64,000 nucleotides of DNA from a virus (lineage: Duplodnaviria > Heunggongvirae > Uroviricota > Caudoviricetes): the IMG/VR virus record IMGVR_UViG_2579779105_000001. The stretch is one strand, 5' to 3'. The number at the start of each line of letters is the position of its first letter. Within the stretch, counting starts at the first letter, position 1. The position numbers were made by a program, and so were the translations under genes. The notes below the pieces were generated by a model. That model worked only from the letters and a program-made list of their open reading frames with translations, searched no databases and had not been told where the DNA came from. Positions 28,054 through 37,804 of the stretch are shown piece after piece.

Positions 28054-28085
28054 TAACTTTAAATAATGGGGATTATTTAAAGTTA
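28054..28085. other. rox/lox-like recombination site, 14-4-14 (TAACTTTAAATAAT-GGGG-ATTATTTAAAGTTA)
   Basis: Perfect 14-bp inverted arms around a 4-bp asymmetric spacer, 152 bp upstream of the recombinase gene; can also be read as a loxP-like 13-8-13 site at 28053-28086. Confidence 0.65.
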
Positions 28086-28237
28086 GGCTATAATCATGTG
28101 TAGATGAACAGTATTGACATCACTGAAAATACGTGCCTCGAATCAAAGGCTTGTATTTTGAAAATTAACTTATAGCTACCCTGTCATTTTTATATTTTTC
28201 GCGTAGCGTCATATGTATATAGAGGCGAAATAGTTTC

Positions 28238-29266
28238 ATGGGAGAATTAATTATCTCTGGCAGTTCCGGTGGTTTTCTGCGCAACATTGGCAAAGAGTAC
28301 CAGGAAGCCGCAGAAAACTTTATGCGGTTCATGAATGACCAGGGGGCTTATGCGCCGAATACTCTGCGCGACCTCCGGTTGGTGTTTCATTCCTGGGCGC
28401 GCTGGTGTCACGCTCGCCAGCTCGCCTGGTTCCCGATCTCACCAGAAATGGCCCGCGAGTATTTTCTTCAGCTGCATGATGCCGATCTGGCTTCGACCAC
28501 CATTGATAAGCACTACGCCATGCTGAACATGCTGCTTTCGCATTGTGGCCTTCCGCCACTTTCGGATGATAAAAGTGTTTCTCTGGCTATGCGGCGCATC
28601 CGGCGCGAAGCGGCAACTGAAAAAGGCGAACGAACAGGCCAGGCTATACCGCTGCGGTGGGACGATCTGAAACTGCTCGACGTCCTGTTGTCCAGGTCAG
28701 AACGGCTGGTGGACCTGCGCAACCGGGCTTTTCTCTTTGTTGCATACAATACGCTGATGCGTATGTCGGAAATCTCGCGTATTCGTGTAGGAGATCTGGA
28801 CCAAACAGGTGACACTGTCACGCTACATATTTCACACACGAAGACAATAACGACCGCCGCCGGGCTTGATAAGGTGCTTTCCCGTCGCACTACCGCTGTG
28901 CTGAATGACTGGCTGGATGTTTCCGGGCTTCGCGAACATCGTGACGCAGTGCTGTTCCCGCCGATACACCGTAGCAATAAGGCCAGGATCACGACAACGC
29001 CCCTTACTGCACCTGCAATGGAGAAAATATTCAGCGACGCCTGGGTGTTGCTGAATAAAAGAGATGCTACGCCAAACAAAGGGAGATACCGGACGTGGAC
29101 CGGGCATAGTGCACGCGTCGGGGCCGCTATTGATATGGCTGAAAAGCAGGTGTCTATGGTGGAGATCATGCAGGAAGGAACCTGGAAGAAACCGGAAACA
29201 CTTATGCGGTATCTGCGCCGTGGCGGTGTGTCTGTGGGGGCTAATAGCCGCCTGATGGATTCGTAA
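28238..29266 (+). CDS. Cre/Dre-family tyrosine recombinase
   Basis: 342 aa; aligns along its length with P1 Cre as recalled (WFP, LLRIAEIARIRV-like RMSEISRIRVGD, GHSARVGAA); lox-like site upstream. Confidence 0.85.
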   Translation: MGELIISGSSGGFLRNIGKEYQEAAENFMRFMNDQGAYAPNTLRDLRLVFHSWARWCHARQLAWFPISPEMAREYFLQLHDADLASTTIDKHYAMLNMLLSHCGLPPLSDDKSVSLAMRRIRREAATEKGERTGQAIPLRWDDLKLLDVLLSRSERLVDLRNRAFLFVAYNTLMRMSEISRIRVGDLDQTGDTVTLHISHTKTITTAAGLDKVLSRRTTAVLNDWLDVSGLREHRDAVLFPPIHRSNKARITTTPLTAPAMEKIFSDAWVLLNKRDATPNKGRYRTWTGHSARVGAAIDMAEKQVSMVEIMQEGTWKKPETLMRYLRRGGVSVGANSRLMDS

Positions 29267-29270
29267 ATTA

Positions 29271-29284
29271 AATTTCTAACACAT
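29271..29284 (+). promoter_or_regulatory. operator-like motif AATTTCTAACACAT
   Basis: Recurrent motif at the head of the rightward early operon. Confidence 0.45.
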
Positions 29285-29339
29285 CTTTTTAGATTAACGC
29301 CTTTGATGTAAAGTACCCTCGCCTATTTAGGAGGGTGCT

Positions 29340-29684
29340 TTGCAGAGTCAAATCACGGAATCAAGACGCTTCAAGGTGGATGGTTACACCGTAACCTTCG
29401 CTGCTGGTGTTAAGAACAGTCATGCTGTCGTTGTGTTCGGCATCATGACCGGGCTTGAGGCCGTCCCTGTGTTTACCCTCGAAAAAAACTGGCGAAATCT
29501 GGAGGAAGCAGAAAGCTACGTCCGGAAAGTAACCATCATTGCCGCCGAAAAACTCCTGGCCCACTATCAGGAAAATTATCGCACTATGGTCGAGAAGATT
29601 AATCTCGCTTTCACTCGCCCCACTACCGGCTTTATTGCACCGGATACTAATGCAGGTCGCTATCCTGCAAGGGGGCGTCGGTGA
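29340..29684 (+). CDS. hypothetical protein
   Basis: 114 aa; TTG start 5 nt after a GGAGG SD. Confidence 0.4.
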   Translation: MQSQITESRRFKVDGYTVTFAAGVKNSHAVVVFGIMTGLEAVPVFTLEKNWRNLEEAESYVRKVTIIAAEKLLAHYQENYRTMVEKINLAFTRPTTGFIAPDTNAGRYPARGRR

Positions 29685-30157
29685 AAACTTATTACACATC
29701 TCTGAATTGTTACCCGTCTTCCTATCCAGAATTATCCGGGAAGCTGTTAGCTCTATTAGCTAAAGCACCTACGGAATGGTTTAAGCCAGTCGTTATCAAT
29801 CCACACTTCCTGGATTACGGATCTGTTCGCACTCGTAACGAACTCAAAAACCTACTGGCGCATGGATTCATTCGACACCGTGCCGCGAAAGGCTATCAGT
29901 TAGCGATTGCGCCAGAAGAGGCTGTGCGGCTATTCGCATATCGTGACAGCCAGACAAAAGCTCGGGTAATAGCTCAAATACTTCATAACGGCAGCACCTA
30001 TGCCCGCCAGTTTGGCGGCGACACGTCGCAGTTCTTGCGGGCGGTGCGATCGCTGGAGGAGCAAGGAGTTATTGAAAGTTCCTGTCTTCCTGTTCCTACC
30101 GTTCCACATATCAAACGTCGGGTTTACACCTTCACGCAGAGAGCTAAAAAACAATGA
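29681..30157 (+). CDS. hypothetical protein
   Basis: 158 aa; GTG start overlapping upstream stop. Confidence 0.4.
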   Translation: MKTYYTSLNCYPSSYPELSGKLLALLAKAPTEWFKPVVINPHFLDYGSVRTRNELKNLLAHGFIRHRAAKGYQLAIAPEEAVRLFAYRDSQTKARVIAQILHNGSTYARQFGGDTSQFLRAVRSLEEQGVIESSCLPVPTVPHIKRRVYTFTQRAKKQ

Positions 30158-30648
30158 TTTACGTAAAAGTGAAACGCCTACATCCGGCAGCAAAACTTCC
30201 AGCTTATGCCACCTCCGGATCGGCGGCGATGGATTTTGAGGCTGTTGAAATAAAACCATGCGTCGATAGCAATGGTGCAATTTCCTCAAGCTGGTGGGTG
30301 TATACCGGACTGGCTATGGAGATCCCGCCCGGCTGGTGTCTGAAACTCTATCCGCGATCCGGATTGGGCTGCAAAAAACATACTCGCCTGGCTAACTGCG
30401 TAGGAATTATCGACTCCGATTATCGCGGCGAAATCATGGCAAAACTGATTACTGATCCCGGCGGGGAAGGCGTTTGTCTCAAGCCTGGAATGGCTGTCAT
30501 GCAAGGAATTTTTGAACGTGTTGAACAAGTCTCACTAGTCGAGGTTGAGGAACTCAACGAAACGGAACGTGGTGCTGGTGGCTTTGGTAGCACATCGGAA
30601 GGCCACTTTGAAATTAAGCGTTCACCGCTTCAGTACGAAAAGTTATAA
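30154..30648 (+). CDS. dut: dUTPase
   Basis: 164 aa; dUTPase motif III GIIDSDYRGE and flanking conserved blocks. Confidence 0.85.
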   Translation: MIYVKVKRLHPAAKLPAYATSGSAAMDFEAVEIKPCVDSNGAISSSWWVYTGLAMEIPPGWCLKLYPRSGLGCKKHTRLANCVGIIDSDYRGEIMAKLITDPGGEGVCLKPGMAVMQGIFERVEQVSLVEVEELNETERGAGGFGSTSEGHFEIKRSPLQYEKL

Positions 30649-30662
30649 GCAGAGAAAAGACT

Positions 30663-31364
30663 ATGAATAACATGGCAACGAAAGAGCTTTTTAAGTTCCT
30701 TCCCAAATACAAAGCTCACAAAAACGTTAGTGCATCGAAAATCAAAAATGTTGTTATTTTCGGAGTAACTGATGCCCCACTTTGGGGCAGCATCGAACTC
30801 GTTGAACCAAAAGGGGCAACAGTTTGTGTTGACGCAATGTTTTTACAAAAACACCGACCAAAAACTGGCGGGTATCTGATCGTTTATGAAAACGGTTATC
30901 TGTTCTATGCCCCGGAGAAACCATTTGAGGAACGCTATGGCCTGGTTAACGACGTCTCCAAAAATGGAACCACGGTCATCATTACGGATGACAACGGCGA
31001 GATGATTAATCTTACCGGGAGCGTAACTATTTCTGCTGGTGGCATCACCACCCAGCAAGAAGAAATCGACCTTGAAGCAGCCGACTTTTCTGACGCGCTG
31101 ATGTGGCTGAAGGATGGCAAGAAAGTTGCCCGGCGCGGGTGGAACGGCGAAAACCAATTCTGCTGGCTGGTTCCAGACAAACACGGCGCTTCAAGACTAA
31201 CCCCTATAAAACATGCCATCAATGGAGAGCTTGAAATCAATTTCGACTCTCCTCTTGCTCCTTATGGTACGCATTTCGCTTTGAAAAATGCACAAGGTGT
31301 AGTTGTTCCGTGGGTGCCTTCTGTAGGCGACTTACTGGCATGTGACTGGTTTGTAGTGGAGTGA
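30663..31364 (+). CDS. two-domain protein with C-terminal DUF2829 (Tad2-like) domain
   Basis: C-terminal 95 aa ALMWLKDGKKVARRGWNGENQFCWLV ... DLLACDWFVVE matches DUF2829; N-terminal 130 aa unassigned. Confidence 0.55.
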   Translation: MNNMATKELFKFLPKYKAHKNVSASKIKNVVIFGVTDAPLWGSIELVEPKGATVCVDAMFLQKHRPKTGGYLIVYENGYLFYAPEKPFEERYGLVNDVSKNGTTVIITDDNGEMINLTGSVTISAGGITTQQEEIDLEAADFSDALMWLKDGKKVARRGWNGENQFCWLVPDKHGASRLTPIKHAINGELEINFDSPLAPYGTHFALKNAQGVVVPWVPSVGDLLACDWFVVE

Positions 31365-31370
31365 TTTAAC

Positions 31371-32171
31371 GTGGAAAATACTAAAGCAATTCAATACCGC
31401 TTGCGTAATGGCCTGCTGGTGGCTGTTAACGCCGACATGTCACTGCCGTTTGACACGATTGAACGTACTATCATGACGTATCTCGGCTTTAATGAAGAGC
31501 TGAATGAAGAGCATGGCGTAGCTATATGGAGTGATGCAGGAAGCGGCGTTCATCGTTACATCACCGCCAGGGGCAAAGACTACTCTCTGGAAGAACTGTT
31601 TACCCTTGCACAGTCTTTCGAATGTGTAGCATTAGACATGTTTAATGATCCTGCTATAGCGCAACGACTTATACGCGAGCTTGGGCTATCCGTTACACCA
31701 ATTATCTTTAAGAATGGCAGCCTGACTGGCACATGGCGCGTAGAACGCATCTCAAACTACCTTCCATATAACCGACAGTTAAATGGAGTAATCTCCGGCG
31801 TTAATCAGCCCGTAGCGTGTGAAAATGTAAACCTGGTTGCCGCTGTTTTGGCAACCGCATGTCGTGTTATCGGTTTGGCTAAACAGGCTTTTATTCATTT
31901 CCCAAATGGTGCAGAAGGTAGCGCAGAGATTATCGCGTGTGATTTCGAATTTACCTGGATGCTACGCGAATATCTGGACCAAACAGTGTTCCGCGCCGAA
32001 GAACTGGATATGTATATCACGTCAACGATTCCTGATGATGTACGTGCTGAAGCAATCGCCACAGCAAGGGCCAAATGCCGTGCGGCGATTGCAGAGCAGG
32101 CCAAAGAAGAACCGTCCGATGAAGCCGTGGCTGATGTTGAAGCAGAGGTAGCGGAGGATGCTGACGCCTAA
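31371..32171 (+). CDS. hypothetical protein (acidic C-terminus)
   Basis: 266 aa; GTG start; last gene of the rightward operon. Confidence 0.4.
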   Translation: MENTKAIQYRLRNGLLVAVNADMSLPFDTIERTIMTYLGFNEELNEEHGVAIWSDAGSGVHRYITARGKDYSLEELFTLAQSFECVALDMFNDPAIAQRLIRELGLSVTPIIFKNGSLTGTWRVERISNYLPYNRQLNGVISGVNQPVACENVNLVAAVLATACRVIGLAKQAFIHFPNGAEGSAEIIACDFEFTWMLREYLDQTVFRAEELDMYITSTIPDDVRAEAIATARAKCRAAIAEQAKEEPSDEAVADVEAEVAEDADA

Positions 32172-32254
32172 AAACATCACCGAATTAGCTGGCTGACAGC
32201 AGAAAAAATCATTGAGTGATAGTAGGAAGCCCGCCTGGTTGAGCGGGCTTCTTT

Positions 32255-32635
32255 TCAAATATTGGGACCAAATAATTCACGTAGTTTTTCCGCTACTGAA
32301 GATACGGGGATTTCACCAGTTGCGGCCCCCACCGCTAGTTCCACCAGCACGGGAGAATCATATACCTGTATGCCGTTACGGCGTAGAAATAGCAGCGCAC
32401 TGTTTAGCGCGGTACGCTTATTGGCATCATTGAATATATGCCCTCTCGCCGTAGCTACCAGGTAGGTGGCGGAGACTTCGAAAAGGTCGGTGATCTCTTC
32501 GTAGGCAACTCTGGCCTGAACTCTACCGATAATGGCCTCTGCCCTACCCGGATCTGACATTCCCGGCAGGCCGCCGTAGCGGCTTATATTCGCATCATGA
32601 AGCGCAATAAGTTCTTCCGGTGATATATGCCTCAT
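32255..32635 (-). CDS. doc: Doc toxin (Fic-fold kinase)
   Basis: 126 aa; near-identical over most of its length to P1 Doc as recalled. Confidence 0.9.
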
Positions 32636-32856
32636 TATCGGTTAACCAGTTCCTTGTTGGTGGAGTCCAGGGTGTCAAACAGGGATGCAAATTCAGCATC
32701 CAGCGCCGCTTTTTTGTAGGCTTCAAAAGTAGCCTTGCTGACAATTACTGCTGGCTCTCGGCCTCTGCGGGTGATTTCAACCTCTTCCCCGGCTTCAACA
32801 TTGTTGAGCACTTCAGAAAGGTTGCCGCGCGCGGTACGGAAGTTAATGGATTGCAT
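32635..32856 (-). CDS. phd: Phd antitoxin
   Basis: 73 aa from ATG 32856 ([40 protein letters not shown]...), matches P1 Phd as recalled; overlaps doc. Confidence 0.9.
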
Positions 32857-32928
32857 AAACACCTCATGTACTCGTTATGTGTACACAACTATAAACTTCA
32901 CAGGTATAAAGCACCAGCACTTTGCAGC

Positions 32929-33318
32929 TTAAATCACCGGACAATCGTCAAATTCCCCACTTCGGACATCATTGATGACATGAGTGATCACACCAAAAAC
33001 AGCATTACTCCCCGTGCATCCATCGTCATCCACTGGTAACGCCTCTTTCCTCCCGGTGCTTAAATCCTCCAGGTGCTGGCGCGGATACTTCCTGTATCTC
33101 TTTATGCGATATTCACCCTCCATAGCGCACACAAGCAGAGAACCATCAACCGGAGTAAGCGAGGAATCAACCACCAGCAAAGCACCCTGCAATATTCCCT
33201 CACGGTGATGGCTATCAGCTGCCCGCATGAAGTAGGTTGCTGATGGATGCCTGATTAGTTGCTGATCAAGAGAAATTCGGCTTTCAACATAATCCGCCGC
33301 AGGAGAAGGGAAGCCCAT
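32929..33318 (-). CDS. humD: HumD (UmuD' homologue)
   Basis: 129 aa; UmuD/LexA-type peptidase fold signature; located upstream of phd-doc as in P1. Confidence 0.75.
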   Translation of the reverse strand: MGFPSPAADYVESRISLDQQLIRHPSATYFMRAADSHHREGILQGALLVVDSSLTPVDGSLLVCAMEGEYRIKRYRKYPRQHLEDLSTGRKEALPVDDDGCTGSNAVFGVITHVINDVRSGEFDDCPVI

Positions 33319-33416
33319 AGCGTTTTACCTCAATGATACTGTTTATTCATACAGTATACATTAAAGATGCTTGAAGTGTGCAATAGCGCGATGCTTTGCG
33401 CTCGCCTGGTGGTGCG

Positions 33417-33668
33417 TTATTTTTTGGCTATATCTTCTTTCTGATACACCGGATCGCTCCCTTTTGGCAACTGGAGGCTTAACTGCCGGTAGTGCCGTAG
33501 CCGTTCCATGAAATAGGCGCGCAGGTTTTCCGGTTGCTCACGGGCCACCTGCTCTGCAATCACAGGTATATTCAGCCGTTCTTTGTAAGCAACGCCGCTG
33601 GCGGCAAGGTCTACGTTCACCTTGTCTCGCTCTTCCTGGCTTTTAGCTGCTATATTTCGATCTGACAC
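33417..33668 (-). CDS. hypothetical protein
   Basis: 83 aa ORF upstream of humD. Confidence 0.35.
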   Translation of the reverse strand: MSDRNIAAKSQEERDKVNVDLAASGVAYKERLNIPVIAEQVAREQPENLRAYFMERLRHYRQLSLQLPKGSDPVYQKEDIAKK

Positions 33669-33700
33669 AAGAAACCTCCAGGAGTTAGTGGATCAGGCAC

Positions 33701-34051
33701 ATGCACAACAACGTTCTCAATGTTAGCCGTTCAATTCAGACAATCAGAGACTGCACCAGTGTGGTGGCATCAATCCCATTGCGAAACAGCATAGACGAAC
33801 TGCAAATTCGTGTATTGAATCTGAATCAGGCTAATAAGCAATTGCGCTTTATTTTGACGCTGAAAAGTGAAACAGAGGGGATAAAGCACAGCGTAAAAGT
33901 ATTTTCTGAGGCCATTCTGCTTAATGAGAAGCTCCGGCATCTGGTAAGGCCAGAACGTCAATATCCTGACGTCCTGGCGCGTGAAAAAGACCTTCTTTCT
34001 GAAGTTCAGGATAGGGTGATCGATTTCGTCAAATGCTATCCCCTGCATTGA
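33701..34051 (+). CDS. hypothetical protein
   Basis: 116 aa; the + strand ORF looks more protein-like than the overlapping minus-strand ORF. Confidence 0.3.
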   Translation: MHNNVLNVSRSIQTIRDCTSVVASIPLRNSIDELQIRVLNLNQANKQLRFILTLKSETEGIKHSVKVFSEAILLNEKLRHLVRPERQYPDVLAREKDLLSEVQDRVIDFVKCYPLH

Positions 34052-34320
34052 GGGCAGGTGTTCCCTTCCGCAAAGTAGGGAAAACTGCTATCAAGTTCAT
34101 CACACCATCTGCGATGGTCGTAGCACCAAAACGCCTCCCACGGTGCACGGAAATACTTCATCCACCAGGACACTCGATCAGGTATATCTGCTGGTGGCAG
34201 TTCTTCTGGCAATAATTTGCCTGATAATTCCCTTTCCGCCCGCGACAGCATTTTTTTGAGGCTCGCGTTCTCTTTTTCAAGCTCATCTACGCGCACCTGT
34301 AATTCAGCTTTCGTTGGCAT
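34036..34320 (-). CDS. coiled-coil protein with Cys-rich C-terminus
   Basis: 94 aa from ATG 34320, which overlaps the upstream stop (ATGCCAACGAAAGCTGA); ends CPQCRG. Confidence 0.4.
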   Translation of the reverse strand: MPTKAELQVRVDELEKENASLKKMLSRAERELSGKLLPEELPPADIPDRVSWWMKYFRAPWEAFWCYDHRRWCDELDSSFPYFAEGNTCPQCRG

Positions 34321-35242
34321 GGCCCGCCTCATGCTTTTCAGCCACCAGCGGCAATAAAGCCCTGGCCATCTTATGAACCAATAGTGCATCAATAATGCCA
34401 AGCGTATGCCCCGGCTTAATGTTTAATGCCGCCTCAAGGTGACACCTTTCCAGGCCACTTTTCTCGGCTTGTTTATGATGATCTGGTGTAATAACGTCGC
34501 CCAAAACACGGCTAATTCTTTCTCGTAATTGCTGGGTGCCAGCACACTTGATCGCTGTATCGTGGAGACGGTTAACCAGTTCGCGATAAACATGCGGCTT
34601 AATTCGGATACGTTCACCGGTGACGCCCTTTCCTGGCGCTGGCACCGAACTATCCGGAATATCCGGATAGTTGCCAGCCTCGTAAGCTACCCGCAGCCAG
34701 TGCATGAATGTTTCAGTGGACACACAACCACAGTCCACATCGATTTTCCCGCGTTGCTGTTCCAGCCATTGCCCAAAATCCAACCTGTAAGTCTTACTTT
34801 CAAGTTCATCACCATTGAACTCGACTTTCTGCGACGCTATGAGAGCTGATTCGTATTGTTCGCGAGTGACAACTGACTGGTATTCATCGCTATCAAGGTC
34901 ACCAATTGGAAGCTCAATCTCACAACAAAAATTGCGCCCAAAGAAAGTGTCTTTTTTGTGGTCTGAGCCAAAAGCAAAAGTCGCGCATGGTGCCATTAAA
35001 TTGACACTGGGTAGGTAACAATAACTCATTCCATCAGGCCACCCGCCGCACTTAGGCAGCTCCTTCACTAACAAGTCGATAAGCTTCATTTTTTTATCAT
35101 CTTTGCAAGCCGCCAAAGCCATTTGGGCAAGTGCCAATACTTCATCTGCCGTATATCCAGCACCGTGACCATACATTTCGATACGGGAAATAATCTCTGA
35201 TATACGCTCTTCAGTGATTCTGGTCATTTCTTTTTGCGCCAT
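34304..35242 (-). CDS. hypothetical protein sharing a C-terminal module with 44383..45021
   Basis: 312 aa; segment HVYRELVNRLHDTAIKCAGTQQLRERISRVLGDVI parallels the same segment in the 212-aa protein. Confidence 0.45.
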   Translation of the reverse strand: MAQKEMTRITEERISEIISRIEMYGHGAGYTADEVLALAQMALAACKDDKKMKLIDLLVKELPKCGGWPDGMSYCYLPSVNLMAPCATFAFGSDHKKDTFFGRNFCCEIELPIGDLDSDEYQSVVTREQYESALIASQKVEFNGDELESKTYRLDFGQWLEQQRGKIDVDCGCVSTETFMHWLRVAYEAGNYPDIPDSSVPAPGKGVTGERIRIKPHVYRELVNRLHDTAIKCAGTQQLRERISRVLGDVITPDHHKQAEKSGLERCHLEAALNIKPGHTLGIIDALLVHKMARALLPLVAEKHEAGHANES

Positions 35243-35598
35243 TTCTTTTCACATTCCTTAGTCCATTTTTCAATGTTCATTTTGGCAATATCAGTCATTC
35301 CATCACCTAAGAAATACTTTCTCCGGTATGTCTTGCACTTAAACCACACTACAACAGCCACCAGCCAGAAAATAAAAGGCCATACAGCAATACCAACGAC
35401 AGCCGCGATAAAGCCCAATATCCATAAATGAAGCTCTCCAACTTCTGTTTCCGGCAATATTCTTAAAGAATTAAACAGCAGGCTGAACGAATGGTCGTAT
35501 GCATTGGCAGTATAAGACATGCAATCCATATAATTAAAGTCATAGCCTGCGGCTGCCGCCCCTAATGGGGGGGCAAGAAAAAGTTTTTGTGTCATCAT
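35224..35598 (-). CDS. membrane protein
   Basis: 124 aa; hydrophobic helix; Lys-rich tail. Confidence 0.4.
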   Translation of the reverse strand: MMTQKLFLAPPLGAAAAGYDFNYMDCMSYTANAYDHSFSLLFNSLRILPETEVGELHLWILGFIAAVVGIAVWPFIFWLVAVVVWFKCKTYRRKYFLGDGMTDIAKMNIEKWTKECEKKWRKKK

Positions 35599-35604
35599 AT
35601 TAAT

Positions 35605-35994
35605 TTAAGGTTCAGACCAGTTATCTTCAATAGCAATGCTTAATCTTTGTAGCCATTCTGCTAATTTCAGCATTGCTTCTCTTTCGCTTAAACCACGAGG
35701 AAAATCATCAAGCGATATTGTTGGCTTGAAGCCCCCGTAATTATCCATTTCAACGGTCAGATTTTGCTCCAGTACGGTATTCCTTACGCGGCTATTGTGG
35801 CGAAGCAAATATACTGAACGTGATTTATTGGTTTTGTGGTCGAGCTGATGTTCGGTAAGTATCATCTGGCTTTTGCCATGACTATTACCTCTCCACATAC
35901 TTACCTCACTTAATAAAACAACTCCATACGTAGTTGATGATTTTTTCCCACGTAATATAAATCTGCACTCCGGCAGTAAAACCAAAGCCAACAA
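35605..35994 (-). CDS. hypothetical protein
   Basis: 129 aa ORF in the leftward cluster. Confidence 0.35.
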   Translation of the reverse strand: MLALVLLPECRFILRGKKSSTTYGVVLLSEVSMWRGNSHGKSQMILTEHQLDHKTNKSRSVYLLRHNSRVRNTVLEQNLTVEMDNYGGFKPTISLDDFPRGLSEREAMLKLAEWLQRLSIAIEDNWSEP

Positions 35995-36076
35995 TTGCTG
36001 AAAAAATCAAAACATTTACTTTTGACATTATAAATTTTCTCTCGGTGTCGTAGGTGATAGCACCATAATTGATAAT

Positions 36077-36328
36077 TTAGTGAGTTAGCAGTTCCATTTT
36101 TTGGATGATTTCCGCATGAGCATCATCGTTATCAACACTTAACTCGTTTAATGCCTCTCGCACCACATCAACTTCTTCTGGTTGGAAGAAATCATCTCGG
36201 TAGTCACCAAATAGAACCGAAACAAGCCTGCCACCAGCAACATCAAGATTGGCGCTAACAGGTGGCTCTTTACCATCCTCAAATTCGACTACAAAAGTTA
36301 TTTTTCCCATCGTTACCACCAGCGACAA
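36077..36328 (-). CDS. hypothetical protein
   Basis: 83 aa, acidic. Confidence 0.35.
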   Translation of the reverse strand: MSLVVTMGKITFVVEFEDGKEPPVSANLDVAGGRLVSVLFGDYRDDFFQPEEVDVVREALNELSVDNDDAHAEIIQKMELLTH

Positions 36329-36392
36329 ATTGAATACAAACCCAGTGCTGCCGCCATCACAATTCCTACCGTGGTGAATGCTTCAGGCCAGC

Positions 36393-37235
36393 TCATTGAT
36401 TCACCTCCTGCGGCGGTTCTGGTAGCGGCATCCAGTGGGTTACCTCTTTGAGATGCAGGTCTTCGCCGTCGCCGTCATCCCACGTTGGATTGCCATCATC
36501 AAACCAGTCGCCATATACGCCAACCTGAGTGTTTGGTATGTTGGGCCAATAGTTATTTTTGAAATCAGCAGCTAATACATAGCGCTGCTTTTCACCCATT
36601 TCCGGCATCCGCTCGCTTACCGGAATCCATTTACCCGGCACGGTAGCGGGTTCACTGCCGGGTAGTTGCGGCGCGGCTGCGAGCATGGCCTCGGTTTCCG
36701 CAATCAGGTTGTGAGGTAGTTGGCATCCTGCATTTTGCATGCCGTGGCCAAATGCCAGCCAGCGCCGAAGCATGTCCGCTGAACCATCCGGAATTACCGG
36801 AGAGTTGCCAGCCAGCGCGTTCAACTTGTAAGCCTGGCTTACAGGTTCGGCACTATGAAGCATGGCAGCTCGGCAGGCGTTCCAGCCAGATGTTCGCCCA
36901 AGCGCGTAAACTTCAGATGGCTCAAGATAATCAATGTCATGCCCGTCCTCATCGTCGTTCTCAGGTAATGCAGCAGGTACTACCGGTACTGGCGGGGCGG
37001 CATAAACAGGAATAACGTCCGATTGCTCTTTATTGCTTTCATCCGTTAAAGCCCAGAATAATTTTCCAGCCGGATGTTTGAAAATATAAGCAACTGGTTC
37101 TGCTTCCAGCGATGCCAGAGCAATTCGTGCCAGTTCTTCCGCTTCTTCTGCTGGCAGTACAACGTTGCTACCAGGTCCGTATGTTTCGCGCCACTGCTTG
37201 ATTGTCAGCAGTCGCTCTTTGGTAATAGTGGTCAT
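36393..37235 (-). CDS. DUF551-domain prophage protein
   Basis: C-terminus KWIPVSERMPE ... VTHWMPLPEPP is typical of DUF551 (recalled). Confidence 0.5.
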   Translation of the reverse strand: MTTITKERLLTIKQWRETYGPGSNVVLPAEEAEELARIALASLEAEPVAYIFKHPAGKLFWALTDESNKEQSDVIPVYAAPPVPVVPAALPENDDEDGHDIDYLEPSEVYALGRTSGWNACRAAMLHSAEPVSQAYKLNALAGNSPVIPDGSADMLRRWLAFGHGMQNAGCQLPHNLIAETEAMLAAAPQLPGSEPATVPGKWIPVSERMPEMGEKQRYVLAADFKNNYWPNIPNTQVGVYGDWFDDGNPTWDDGDGEDLHLKEVTHWMPLPEPPQEVNQ

Positions 37236-37441
37236 TTGTTAATCCTCAAAACTTTATGCCCGGGCGCAAAAGCACGCGTTTTGTCTTTGCTTATTCGCCA
37301 GCCATCCTTGCGCGCCTCTTTTGCACAGCCAGCCCATGACGTACCTATATACTCACCGAAGTCTGGCGACTTATATTTGCCATCTGTACACTGGAGGCAG
37401 TCACAATAGAGATGCATGGTGTAACTTGCGGCAATAGCCAT
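37232..37441 (-). CDS. small Cys-rich protein
   Basis: 69 aa from the internal ATG (37441) preceded by AAGGAGAG; track ORF is longer because of an in-frame upstream start. Confidence 0.35.
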   Translation of the reverse strand: MAIAASYTMHLYCDCLQCTDGKYKSPDFGEYIGTSWAGCAKEARKDGWRISKDKTRAFAPGHKVLRINK

Positions 37442-37804
37442 ATCACTCTCCTTTAGTGCGCAAATGGTTTTTTCCAGCGGTTTTGCGCCGCGCTGGGCTT
37501 TTTGCAAAAACCACAATCCATCATCCCGTAATATTTCATCAACCCCATCCGTCGGTTGCTGAGTCTCACCCACTGCCAGACGCCAGGAGCGTTTCTACGA
37601 ACTAACAGAATCTTTGCTTTACGGTTTTTCATCGCTTTGCTCTCCTGCGTCTCTTTGCTGCTCGTCGTGCCGCTGCAATACCGGTATGGCGGCGCTTTGG
37701 TGCCGGGATGATGTTGTCAGCCATCAGGACATGTGGCTTTGCAATTAGCGCAGAAGCCCAAAAACGAGTCGGGTACGGTAACAAGCCGATACATGCCACA
37801 CGCA

